From NCBI RefSeq assembly GCF_036321535.1, contig NC_087436.1:22570001-22634000 (forward strand): DNA of 64,000 nt. The letters run 5' to 3'. Under the pieces are notes generated by a model, which made no database searches, was not told where the DNA came from, and saw only the letters and a program-made list of their open reading frames with translations. The position numbers were made by a program, and so were the translations under genes. Positions 1-12,924 of this stretch are shown piece after piece (the stretch's first letter is position 1; each line of letters begins with the position of its first letter). The stretch is from Camelus dromedarius (taxonomy: Eukaryota).

Positions 1-193
1 GCTCCGTGGGTCCCAACCTAATGGAGCAATAGGGGTCATTTCTTCTAAGCGAGAGGCAGTAGCAGCTTGAACAATAAAGTCATTCCTCAGCTTTGACTTT
101 TAAATAAGATTTTTGCGCCCCAAGCAAGACAATAGTCTTTAAAGACTCTGGTCAGACCACAGAAAGCGATTTCAAACTCCTTCCATTCTTCTT

Positions 194-975
194 CTTCTTT
201 TTTTTTCCCCTACAAATATGTTTTTCTAATTTTTTAAAACATTTTTTACTGAGTTATAGTCATTTTACAATGTTGTGTCAAATTCCAGTGAAGAGCACAA
301 TTTTTCAGTTATACACGAATATACATATATTCATTGTCACACTTTTTTTCTTGCTATGAGCTACCACAAGATCTTGTATATATTTCCCTGTGCTATACAG
401 TATAATCTGGTTTATCTATTCTACATTTTGAAATCCCAGTCTGTCCCCTCCCACGCCCTGCCCCCTTGGCAACCACAAGTTTGTGTTCTATGTCTATGAG
501 TCTGTTTCTGTTGTGTATTTATGTATGTTTTGTTTTGTTTTGTTTTTTAGATTCCACAAATGAGTGATCTCATATGGTATTTTTCTTTCTCTTTCTGGCT
601 TACTTCACTTAGAATGACATTCTCCAGGAACATCCATGTTGCTGCAAATGGCGTTATGTTGTTGGTTTTTATGGCTGAATAGTATTCCATTGTATCCATA
701 GACCACATCTTCTTTATCCAGTCATCTATTGATGGACATTTAGGCTGTTTCCATGTCTTGGCTATTGTGAATAGTGCTGCTATGAACATTGGGGTGCAGG
801 TGTCATTTTGGAGTAGGGTTCCTTCTGGATATATGCCCAGGAATGGGATTCCTGGGTCATATGGTAAGTCTATTCCTAGTCTTTTGAGGAATCTCCATAC
901 TATTTTCCACAGTGGCTGCACCAAACTGCACTCCCACCAGCAGTGTAGGAGGGTTCCCTTTTCTCCACAGCCTCT
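194..975 (-). mobile_element. Young 5'-truncated LINE-1 (ORF2 C-terminus, 3'UTR, polyA) with 14-bp TSD
   Basis: ORF 547-924(-) [32 protein letters not shown]...[23 protein letters not shown]...EYYSAIK is the L1 ORF2p C-terminal region. PolyT at about 194-206. Perfect TSD CTTCCATTCTTCTT at 180-193 and 976-989. Confidence 0.95.
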
Positions 976-1182
976 CTTCCATTCTTCTTAATACACAGCG
1001 AAGTCGATGTTCACACTCTTTAACTATCAGGCAAAGTAGATTACCGTCCCAACCAACAACGGATTGCAACCCAATGAGGCTCTGAGCAAGAGCAGCTCCA
1101 CTTAGGCTTGAAGTATTTCCTGGATTTTTCTTATTTGAACACTCTGTTTTCATTATAGTAATTATACGGCAAGACTCCCACA

Positions 1183-1767
1183 TTCCTTTTTATTGCTGTG
1201 TAACAATGTACCATAAAGTTAGCAGCATAAAACAGCTCAACTTCATTATCTCACAGTTTCAGCGAGTTAGGAGTTTGCACAAATACCCCCTCTGCTCAGG
1301 CTCTCCCATGGCTAAAAGCAAGGTGTTGGCTGGGTCCAACTCTTGTCTGGAGTTCTCTGGGGAAAAATCCACTTCCAAGTTCATTCAGGTTGTTGGCAGA
1401 ATCTAGTTCTTGTTGGCTGTTAACCCAGGGGCCCTTCTCAGCTCCTAGGGGCAGCCTGCCATTCCCTGCCATGTCACTCTTTCCAAAATTGGCAGTCACT
1501 TCTTTAAGGTCAGCAGGGGAATGTCTCTGCTATTTCAGATCTCTGACTCTCCCAGTCCCTGACCTCTAGACTGAGACTTAAAGGGCTCATGTAAGTTTAG
1601 AAAAGGCCCATGTGGATAATCTCTTTCTCCAAGTCAACTGTGCCATCTAATGTAACTTCATCACAGGAGTAAAATTCATCATATTTACAGCCCAGACAAT
1701 TATGCAGGTGTGTACATACACGGCAGGGATCTTGGGGCAGGGGGCATTTAGAATTCTGCCCACCACA
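1183..1767 (-). mobile_element. MaLR solo LTR (MLT1D/E-like)
   Basis: MLT1 motifs ttattgctgtgtaacaatgtacc, ttattatctcacagtttc-like, aatccacttccaagttcattcaggttgttggcagaat, and the end attctgcccaccaca. Subfamily from recall. Confidence 0.8.
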
Positions 1768-2503
1768 ATCTCTAAGGCTAAAACATCTTTACACGTATAT
1801 GACTTCATTTATATTTGTAAAACTTCAAGGGAAGCTAGGAAAGCAATTATCTAGAATTACTTAGAATATTCACTATTGTGGGAAGCAGGCTCTTCTAGCC
1901 ATGAAATAAAGGGCAGGGGACCAGAGTAGGGTCCAATAGTGTTTGTCAAGCAAAGAATTAGCAAAATGATACAGGCGTTGAAGTATTATTACCCACATTT
2001 TAGAGACGGGACACTAAGACTTAGCACTGATCATACTGAAATGCCAAGGCTGTTAAAAGATAAAGTTTCTTGCAGCCACTGAGCAAGAAATCAGGCTGGA
2101 TAGCTCCCACTGGACCCCACCTCAGGGTCATTTATTACTTTGGTGAGACTATGTAGAGATTTGGATCTATCTCTGTGTCAGGCTCCTATGGATAGAATAC
2201 TCAAAATTAACATATTAACAGAAGCGCTATTTATTTAAGTATAAAGTGAAATGTAATTTTCACATGGACTGAAATAGCTGTACTCATAGGACCAGTGCAT
2301 TTTTCTCCTCTGTAGGTAGATCTAAAATACGAATACAAATCTGAATCAGAAGGTTGTTTCCTAAGCATAAAATCAAGAAAGGGCATTAGTTAGCAAATTA
2401 AATGACTGGGACTAACTTCACACTGGGGCCAAGTAACTTAAAGGCTGTTAAGTAAGGCCTCTCTCTCTGGATAGTGCTTGGATGGGCAATAACATTGTTG
2501 TCC

Positions 2504-3035
2504 TGCAGTAGGGAAGAACAAATCTGACTCCACATTAGATCTGTTCCTTTAGCTCTAGTCCTGGGCTCTGTTTCCTGTGCTTAGTCCTGCTGGTTCTGCA
2601 CGTTTTGTAAGAGAATGTTGCCTAGAGCCTGAAATACACAGGACAGCCCATTCTTAAGGCTCTGACCTTTAAGGTATAACACTTTTCCATTCATACAGAG
2701 ATTTAAAAAAAGTTGCAGAATAGAAAATAACATTTGTTGTGTTGGAGGTTTACAGGAACATCATGACCTGACCTACATGGACAGCTGCAAGAACAAAGGA
2801 TCCTGACACTCAGAAGTTTACAGCAACCAACCATAGCCCCTCCCTTTTTAGTATTAAAAAAAGCCTGAATTCTGACTTGGGTGAGATGAGTAAGATGGTT
2901 CTCTAGGATATTAGCCCTCCATCTCCTCCGTCTGCTGATTTTCCAAATAAAGTCATTATTTCCTGCCCCAACACCTTGTCACCTGATTTATTGGTCTTTC
3001 CTGCAGCAAGCAGAATGAGTTTGAACTCAGTAACA
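2504..3035 (+). mobile_element. ERV1-class solo LTR (MER41-like laurasiatherian LTR)
   Basis: TG...CA termini (tgcagtagggaagaacaaatctgactcc ... gaactcagtaaca), TATA-like agtattaaaaaaagcc near 2850, AATAAA near 2946, about 530 bp. TSD not cleanly preserved. Confidence 0.75.
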
Positions 3036-5450
3036 CTTCCAGCCCCGACCCCCAGGCTTTTAGGGCTACAGATACCATTTTGAGGAGCTTAGACACTCTA
3101 TCAGGAAACACTCAATCCTCCTGTCTTGAGAGTTCTGTGTTTTCACATGTTGTCCAGACCTTTGAGTTTATCCTACAGTTTATTTACCAAGAGAGGATCA
3201 TATTTTCCTATCATTTCCATGTTCTTGGTGGTGAGTTGGCACCTCAGTAGAGTTACCAAGTTCTGAAAACTGGTATAGGTATTTTTCAAACACTCATTTT
3301 TCTTTTGTTGAAATTCCTGTAAGTAATGTGTTTTAAAGCTGTGCCTTGCCTGTCTAATTTCTGTTGCTCACTTCATTACCAGCCCACGGCAAACTTAGCA
3401 AAATTAAAATAACCATTAAACCTCAATCTTTTTTTTCTAGTAAAAAGAATACAATAAAAACTTTATAATAATACTTAATTTTTTCAAAAAGCTCCCCCCC
3501 CAAAAAACTCTATTTCACATACATTGTCTCTTATTTCAGAAAAAGTCTATTAAATAAGAAAAGTTCAGAGTATTATATTTATGGTTACACTCAACCAGAT
3601 ATGTACAGATGTTTTTCCAGTAAGATAAAAGCATTATTATTTGTAATATACTTTAATACTAATTTGGACTGGTAACTATAATTCTTCAAAAAGACAAGGT
3701 GTTGTGGCAAACACACTCTCAAGTCTTCATTTAAGGAATTGACATTTATGTGATACATAAACTTACTCATTAAAAAAAAGAATAGTTTTGTATTTTTACC
3801 CTTAGGGATCAGTCATGTGATTGTTACACATAAAAAGCAAAGATAATGTGGAGAAAATACGCTTTTGTTGGTATGATTTGTAGAAGTGAACACTTTACTG
3901 GAATTATCTAAAAATTGCTTCAATGCAGCATTTAACTTCACATGTGGGGCACAGTCTCTAGGCTCCAAAATTTCACCAATTAATATTATCATGAAAGTTT
4001 AATGACAAAATATTCTACCCAACATACACTGGCAACAGAAATACAGTGATGTGTCTTTCCCGTAGGCACCAGAATTCCTTTATTAACCAGTTTTGAAGAA
4101 CACATAAAGTGCCTTATTTGGGAAAAAAAAAAAAAAGGCTTCATGACATTTATAACACTGTTATCAAGGTAAAAATTTCTGACATTCATATAAGAAATGG
4201 TCTTAAGAATTCTTTTACTCATCAGTGAGTGTATATAACAATGAAAAAAATTCACAGTGACTTTTATGCTATGATTGGGAATTTCTTCCTGCTGTTCTCA
4301 AATGTGAAGAGGAAATGGAGTTTCTATTTCTTCATAACTGAGCTGTTGTTTTTGTAAGACCCCATGAACCTAGGTGGAGAGTTAGCATGTAGGTGCAGGT
4401 ACAAAATTTAGTGTTGTCTCATAGAGTTTTATCTAGTGCCAACCTATAAATAGTCAAGTCTTGAGATGTTACTCACTTGTTATGCCATCCCCTTGCCCTA
4501 CGATTACTTCTGGGAGTTGACTGTGCCCTCACGGGTTGACAGGTAGGTGAGCAGGGGTAGGCACTAGCTTACACCAGGGGCAGCATACTCGTATCACCCC
4601 TGGTCTTTGGAGATTCCACAGTGATGTCCTTCCCCACCTGATAATTTCTGCTGATCTCCTGTGTTGAAGTCTGTGACTGGTGACCTTGTGGACTGTTCTC
4701 TGACTCTGGTACCTCACCTCAGGAACTGATTTTATCTAATGCCAACCTATAAATAGTCAAGTCGCCTTAGGAACTGACTATCTTCACTTTCTGCCTGGGA
4801 CCCATTCAGCTCTCACATTGCCATCACCCACTGAGGCTTGCTTTGTAATTCCATTTGTTCCTGGTTGAGTGTCATCTGCCTTGCCCTAGGTCCAAGGTCT
4901 TTCCTTTCATTACTAAAGTGAGTATTTCTGGCTGACTTGTCAACCAACCTCATGAGATACCTACTAAGTTTCCCCACGTGGTCCTTGAACAGTCTTCAGG
5001 ACATGAAATATGAAAGTCAAGGGGGAGCTTCTGGGCAGCCAGCCTGGAAGTCTCCCATTCCCCAAGTGCACCGCTGCACGTATTTCAGTCAGGATGCCCT
5101 GGATGAGTGTGCAGGCACTCATCCAGACACTGGGGGAGCTCCTGTACTTTCCTGGCTATTTCTAAAGCCACTCTCAACCCCTAGGCTTGACTGGGGAAAT
5201 GAGAAAGAGTTTTCCTCCTTTACCCTATCACCTCTCTTCCTATATTTCCTTGAGGACGGAAGATGTATGCTTCCTCTTTTATTACTGTTCCATCAGCATT
5301 TTCCAAATTGCTGATCACTACCCTCTAGTTACCAGGACATGACATTAACTTAATAGGTAATTATTATTATTTTTCAATGAAAAAGAATGAAAACTATTAA
5401 AATGCATTGCAAACTGGAAAGGTGTACAAGTATTGTTTTGTGATACTTTG

Positions 5451-5453
<3 letters not shown>

Positions 5454-5486
<33 letters not shown>

Positions 5487-5489
5487 TGC
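5454..5489. repeat. (GT)n/(GC) microsatellite
   Basis: Direct reading: about 14 GT units followed by cgcgtgc. Confidence 0.95.
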
Positions 5490-6203
5490 TGGGTATCTGA
5501 AGAAAATGTGTTTCTTGCTGTAAATCAGGGTTTAAAAGGCTTGAATGCCATGGTTTCTGTGTAGTCTTCCTTCCTAAGTTCAAAGTCAGCGAGGACTAAG
5601 ACATCCTCCCTACCCTATGGAGGAATCTTCAAGATCAATACACTGGAACTAGATCTTGATCTTTTAAATAGGAGCAAAAGGAATTTAGCCAAAACTTCTT
5701 CTTTCCACCAAGCCTGGCTCTAAATCCCTGATAACTTACTGAAGAAATCAAGTACTACTATGACCACATCTCTTATGTTGCCAGGGATGGTCCTGGATTT
5801 TACCTGTCAATTTCCCATTCCACCGAACTTTCTTCTCAGATTTTGCCATTTCTTTTTAAGCAAAGTATTATTGTGAATTGTGGCATCAGAATAATTAAGG
5901 ATGAATTTGACAGACCTCTTCTTTGTACTTCCACATCCTGCCATGGTCTTGTATAGAAGTAGCTGACACAGATGTGAAGGGAACAGAGTTTCTCATTTTA
6001 ACTCATGGTGAACTTTCAAAGACAACCAGCAATAGCCTGCCTCTCTTTTCTCAACTTTTTTTTTTTTCACACAATGTAACTGATACCTTTTTTTTTTTTT
6101 TTTACTTTGAGTTTAATCTGATTAGTGATTAAAACCTTCCAGAAATTAATTCTCATATTTGCTGGATTATGAATGTGTTTAGTAGGGTAAAAGGATATAT
6201 ATC

Positions 6204-6411
6204 TTTTTTTCGTTTGTTTATTGAAATACAGTCAGTTAACAATGTGTCAGTCTCTGGTGGACAGCACAATGTCCCAGTCATACATATATTCGTTTTCATA
6301 TTCTTTTTCATTAAAAGTTATTACAAGACATTGAGCATAGTTCCCTGTGCTATACAGAAGAAACTTTTTTAAAATCTACTTTTATATATAGCAGCTAGCA
6401 TTTGTAAATCT
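6204..6411 (-). mobile_element. Short 5'-truncated L1 3'UTR fragment
   Basis: tttattgaaatacagtcagttaacaatgtgtc...ttacaagacattgagcatagttccctgtgctatacag, homologous to the 3' end of the L1 at 194-975. Confidence 0.85.
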
Positions 6412-7889
6412 CTGTAGCTGACACCTTTTAAAGGACAGAATGCAGGGCAATCAATGATAGAAAAACTAGTACCTTCACAAGAGTGGCTAAGACAGCTAAC
6501 TCTTTCTCAAAGCAGTTGGCAATGTGAGAGGTTGTGGGAGGAAGTATATACAATATTGTTGCCCCAGCCATTTGGTGTGTCCCCTCGTTGTGTTGGATGT
6601 GTCCAGAAACTGGTACCATGAAGGAAACCTCCAGCCACCACACCCCCAATACCTGTGTGCTCCCAGAAAGATAGGTACTTTTCACTCACACTTTTGGAAC
6701 CTGGGGTAATATTGCTTATCTTGCAGAGTATTTGTGAAGATGAGTGGAGATTAGTGTATAGTACCTTAAACACTGACGTATAATGTTATGTAAATGTTGA
6801 TAAATAAATGTTTTGTATTTGCTGCCTTTATTGCTATCTTATGTGCTCTCAGTTGACCATCTCCTCTACCTAGACTCCCAGTTTTCTTTTAATGACTCAG
6901 CTATTTAGGTGCAAATAGGTTAGGTACCCCTGGCTTGCTTCCTCAGAAAGTCAGTATTTTCCAGAATCCTTTGTTTTTATACAGGCAGTGTTCCAGTCTC
7001 TAGCAGAACTGGCCTTAGCAGTTGTACTACAGTCCCATGGCCTGACTTGAACTGTACTGAATAGACCTCTTTGATTCCAAATATCTCCTCCCCATTTGCA
7101 TAGTATTAAAATTATTTCACTACAATTGGAGTTTTGAGTTTAGGTCTTGAGGGTGTTCAGAATTTTAAGAATAATAAGATAGTGGGTTGCAAGGGCTTTC
7201 CAATAGAATTTTGACAGATAAGGAAACTAAAACCCAGAAAGGTTGAGTAACTTTTCCTAGCTTACCCATTTCAATTCCTATACCTTTACTTGTATAGAAA
7301 AGAAAATGGAAACCCAGAGCAGTGAAATAGCTCAGGTCCTATATCAAGATGTAAATATACTTGGAACCAACTATGAAATCAAGCAATAAAATCCACTGCC
7401 TGAAGTAAAATCTGTACCTGAAGTTAGAAGTAAAACGTAATGGGAGTGTATTTTGTAAATATTAAACGGATGCATTTTTATTTCTCCACTCAATCATGTT
7501 TACTGGCAGCCTTAAATTTCCGAAGCTACGCTCAAAGTTTATTTGTCAAGGGAAGAAGAGCAAGGTACTGCCTAAAGCAAAGAGGCCAACAGTCAACTCT
7601 GAGATTTAAACCTGAATTTCTCAGTCTCTTTAGCAACATTTCAGTCCTACAAGCCAGAAGTCACAAAAGAATTTTCTAAGTTATTTTATTTCACTCGTTC
7701 ATAATTAAAAAGCTTGCTTGATGCGCTTGATTATACACTACTGCGTAAGGGAGAACACATCCAGATCACAAAAGGAAAGGGAGGGAGCTAGCTCCTTAGA
7801 ATCCTGGTGAATTGTGCCAAATTGAGACAGAGGGCAGAAAACAGGGAAGTCAAACACCAAGGCTCTGGTTTGCCCTCACTCAACTCCAA

Positions 7890-8410
7890 ATGTGTCTGGT
7901 ACCAGGATGGGGAAATTGCATCATTTGACTGTACTCCCTCATCTCTTCCTGTATCTATGCCCTTCTGCCACGTAACTTTGCAGTGCCTGCCTCGGCAGAC
8001 AGCGTGACCTGTATGCCACTTGATTCTGAACTCAACCACTGACTTGCTTTGGCCAAGAGATTAAGACAAACGTGGCAGGGAGCCAGTTTTGAGCCTAAAC
8101 TTTAAGAAGTCTTCCTGTCTCTTCTTGTCTTCTTGTGCCTCTGTCATTGCCATGAGAACATGCTCAGGCCAGCCTTCTAGAGGATGAGAAGCACACGGAG
8201 CATAGCTGAGTCGCCCTGCACCCTTCAAAGCAGCTTAGAGCAGTGAACACCAGCTACCCCCGAACAGGTGAGTGAGTCCAGCCAAGATCAGTACAGCTGC
8301 CTAGCTGATCCCCAGCTGAGTCCAGACGTGTGAGCCATACACATATAACTCATACACCTCTAAGGTTTGTTGGTTATTTGTTATGCAATTTTATTTTAGC
8401 AAAAGGTTAC
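7890..8410 (+). mobile_element. MaLR solo LTR (MLT1G/H-like)
   Basis: gacttgctttggcca, ctctgtcattgccatgagaacatgc, agccaagatcag and ggttatttgttatgcaatt are MLT1 hallmarks (recall). Confidence 0.75.
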
Positions 8411-10697
8411 AAAAGAAGTAGTATGCTTTGCATGCTTTTTCAAGAATAATAGGGAGAGGTTGTTAGCCTGGAGAAGTTATCCAATATGGTTTGGGGCAAT
8501 GTCAGCAGCTGGACAGAGTGATACAGACAAGCCTGATTCAGACTTCCTGGTTCCTTATTGCATGCATGTGACATGCAAAGACTGAGATGTACCTAAATGA
8601 CACAGTGAGGGGAAACAGGGGTGATGAGAGGGCCAGTGGTCTAGGGGAGTCTCCAGGTCCAGCACATGAAAACTAACACGTGGCTCAACAAGCCAGATCC
8701 ATCCAGGCGCACATGGCATTGGCGGTGCCAGTCTAGGGAGCATGGCAGAGATCATTCCTATATCTTTACTTGTAGAGATAAGGGAATGGAAACCCAGAGA
8801 GGTGAAATAGCTCAGGTCCTGTATCAAAATGTAAAGACACTTGGAACAAACTATGAAATCAAGCAATAAAATCCACAGCCTTTCAAAGTAGTTTGGGATT
8901 TCCAGAGTCTTTACCTCAAAGCTGCAGAAAGTAATTATCTGATTGTTAATGAAAAGAGCTGTTTACTTTCTCACCTAAAATTTCAGTCAGCAGAAGTAGG
9001 CTTAGCCCAGCCCGCTGTCTGAACTCTTTCCAGGTCCCCCCAGGGGATGTTGGTGTTCCTGCTCTGGGCTTCCCTACACTCCCCACCTCAATCGTTTCTT
9101 CCTTTAAGACCCATCACTAGAGAAAGGCTTTCATGTTATGATGTGAAATCAGAAAGCCAACAACTCCTGAAAGCACAGTTAAGGTCACTCAAAGGTATAA
9201 CATAGGCAGAAAAAGGAAATGGACGTGCAGAAAACAAACTTAACTTGTTCACAATTTTGCCTCTTATCTTTAGATGATCTTTGCCCAAATTGTGTTCTAA
9301 GAGAGTGCCTCGTGAATATAAAACAAGTAAATCAGTAAACCACACTCCCTGCGGCCAATCAGGAACTCGACCATGATAAGGTAAGGTGGGAAATCTGTCC
9401 CTGAGAATTTACACATTAACCACCATTAGATGTCTTGCTGTTAAAAATAATATTTTAAATTTATTTCCTTTCAACCAGCTTATTTCAACCCAGAATTGTC
9501 TTTTCATAAGGCATTCATTAAAAGTTCATAGAACCTGTCCTGGGAACTCTGACTTGATGGATCTACACTGTACTGAGAGCTTGGCCTGTTTGTTACACAT
9601 GTCACTAGAAAACTTACACTAGGTCCACCTCTCTGGAAGAAGTGAAGTTTTTCTTCAATAATTAATTCTCTATCATTCACTCAAGATCGGTAGATCAGAG
9701 TCTTAAATATAATTTTCTTTTGGTCAATGAGAAAGGAAAACAGGAGTATAAGAATATGCTAAAATTTGGATGATTGTTCACTATTTATTTTAATCACATT
9801 TTTTTCTTTAAGCTAAGCCTTCTTGGCATTATTTTTACCATTCAAATTATAAATAAACTTACTAAATTTAATACTAAGTTAGGAAACATTTAAATTAAAT
9901 ATTATTATTATTTAATTTATTTATTAACATTTTTATGTATTATTAAATTTAACATTATTATTTATTTAATTAATTTATTTATTAGCATTTAATTTAAATG
10001 TTTCCTAACTTAATATATGATTTCTTCTTTGACTCTGGGTAATTTAGAAATACCATACTTTATTTACAAAAACTCGGGAATTTTCTCACCATCTTTTTTG
10101 TTATTGATTTTGACTTGTGACAAGACATTTTGAATTCTCTTACTTCCTAACTCTTTTTAATCCCCTCCTCACAAACTTGTGAGTTTTGCTGATGGAGTTT
10201 AAACTTCAACATTTCTTTACAAAACTTTTCAAACATTGAGCACAGATGAAGTATTTTACAGTGAACATCCATATGACCACCACTTGGTTTCTATCATTTA
10301 CATTTTACTGTACTTGCTTTATCACAGATTTTTCTGTCTCCTTCCATCCCTCTATGCACCCATCAATTACTCGTATTTTTTTAGGTATCTCAAATTTAGG
10401 TATCATTACACTTACCTAAGTGCAGTGACCACTTCAAATCTAGAGGCTTTAAATAAAGTGAATTTCCCCCACTAAATATATATTATTTGCATAAAGAAGT
10501 GATATCAAATACAAATCTAACAGAAGTCAAGTAAGATAGTTAGATAGATAGACAGAAAGACAGACAGATAAATTCTGGTACTTACTACTTCTGGGAGTGA
10601 TACAGCATTGACACATTAATTCTACAGTCCTTCATTTAAAAATAAACAATACTCTGAAAGATATAAATTTTCCAACAGATGTGTTTTTATGAATTAC

Positions 10698-11175
10698 GTC
10701 AGAAGCAGAGACTGCTAGGTCTCCTCATACATATTTTCTTCTTTTTCCTTCATAATGTAATTTCCTGATTTTCATAATAGAAACTCCTGATTGTTAGCTG
10801 GACACACTACGTTTTGCCAGCTTCCCTTTCAACTGTTTGTTGATCAAGTCCTAGCCAACTTCTCAGAAGAGGTCATAAAGGAACAAGGCATAACTTTCTT
10901 CACCCCTCCTCCTCCTCCCTTCTGGCTGGGATGTAAATGTGACAGCTAAGGGTCAGCAGCCATCCTGAACTGTAAAATAAACAATGATGAAACAGCAAGC
11001 TAAGAGAAGTGGGTCCTTTTGCTATTTTAAAGCCTTGACCACATTATATAGCACCCTTAGTAACCCACGATTCCCTGGATTTCTGTTTAAGTGAAAGCAA
11101 AATAAACCTCTTTATTGCTGAAGCCATTCTTATTTGGGGGTTTCTGTCATACACAGCTAAATCTAATTTTAGTTA
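10698..11175 (+). mobile_element. Old MaLR LTR (MLT1J-like)
   Basis: gctgggatgtaaatgtgacagct, cagcagccatcctg and aataaacctctttattgctgaagccatt...ggtttctgtcatacacagc. Confidence 0.65.
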
Positions 11176-11339
11176 ATGTAAAAAAAACTGACATTTGTGA
11201 TCAAGTGGAAGAGAAAAAGTGAGCATATTAATGAATGGTTTGAGAAATATAATTTTAAAAATTTCAGTTATATTACTTTCACAAATATAAAACAATCCAC
11301 TATGTCTTTATTTTTAGCATACAAATGGCAGTTATAGCC

Positions 11340-12130
11340 TACTTATATCTCTGTAATTATCTTCTCTCCCGCTGGATTATATGATTTGCTAAGAGAGGCA
11401 ATTGAAATCAATGTAAAAGAATTTTTTATATTACATAAATTAGATTTTATAGTTTTATGTTGTCTATTTCATGTTTTTCATATTTATTTGGAAGAACTCT
11501 TTATATCAAGGATATTTTACTTTATTTGTTACACATAGTATGACTTATTTCTTTCAGATTATCATTAAAATTTAGTTTATGGCGTTTTTTGACCTATGGA
11601 AATTCTTTTAATTTGTGTCATAAAATCTGTAAGCATTTTTACCTATGAATTCTGCCTTTGCATACTTTGAAAAGTCTTCCTCCAAACTCTTAAGATCTTG
11701 TAAGTAAATGGCCATTTTTTTTCTAGATTTTGAGAAAGGTATATTATTCTTCAAATATTAATCTTCAGCACATTGATTTTATTTGGTTGTTCTTTTGTTT
11801 CTTTGCTTATGGCTGAAATAAGCAAGTAACCCTACAACCGTTCACTAAACAATTTCCCCACAATATAAAATGTCCAGTTTACTATATAATATATTATGAA
11901 TACACATGCCTAATTTCTATGTCTTCTATTCTGGTCCGTTGAATGTTATACTGATTTCTTTGGCATGAATATATTTGCTTTACCTGAATTCTGCAAATTT
12001 GGGAAGCATTTCTACATTGAGCAAGGGTCTTTTAATTATAGAGTGTAGTCTCCCTTCTGTGGTATTTCTTCAACATTTCAACTCTCATTTGTTTTTATGT
12101 TCTTCTACTTCCAATAGCATTTAAATTTTT
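11340..12130 (-). mobile_element. Ancient degenerate L1 (L1ME-like) fragment
   Basis: T-rich tract with decayed L1 antisense motifs such as gaactctttatatcaaggatatt and tttctatgtcttctattctggtccgttg. Confidence 0.45.
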
Positions 12131-12924
12131 ACCTCATAATTTAACACAATCATTTCCCCCAAATTGTCATATCTTCAAAAATGTATATTGAGTACTTAAC
12201 TATCTTCCAAATAGGTGCAGTGCAGTGTGTAAACTATCATAACGGGTATTATACAGAGTTGAATGGATACACCTTGTATATTTCTTCAAAGAGATTTTTA
12301 ATTCTTTGGGATAATAATGGAAAAATAACTGAACCATAAATTTGTAGTAATAGATTGCCATGGCTCTGCCAAATTTTGCCTGTTTCATTTTGGACAAGTC
12401 AGTGAATCTCTTTACATTTCTTCTCATTAATGTATAGATTGAAAGAAGTAAAGCCAAAGAACTCCAAATTCTCACAGAGTTTATGGTTATTATAGCCTTG
12501 GTAATCCTTAAATTTCATAAGCATTTGAGCTGAGATTTTGTGTATTCAACAACAGTAACTTACTTCTTGTGGATTGACCAAATATGATTGCTCTTTCCCA
12601 ACTGACCTTCACAGGACCTCTGTGTGATAGGATCAGAATCATGTAACAGACATTTCTGCTCAATGAATTTTCACTGGCTTATCTGAAACGACGTGAAGAT
12701 GGATATCTTCTCCATATTCCCATTTGATGTCTCAACTCTATATGATGGATACTTGCTGAATATTTAATCTATTAGCAGAAACTGCTAAAACATCTGGAAT
12801 CATAATAAAGATTTCTGGAATCTAAAACTCTGGGAACATTGCATCAGATCAATTAAAAACATTAAACCTGTTTTGTTATTTAACAGATAATATTCCCCCA
12901 TTTGTATCTGAAGCTGCTGTAATG

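Noticed and set aside
857..1183. 108-aa minus-strand ORF running into the L1
   Set aside because: Chimeric read-through from unique flank into the L1 5' truncation point, with no support for expression.
4427..4777. CRISPR-like repeat-spacer array
   Set aside because: Only two copies, 303 bp apart, in mammalian DNA with no cas genes.
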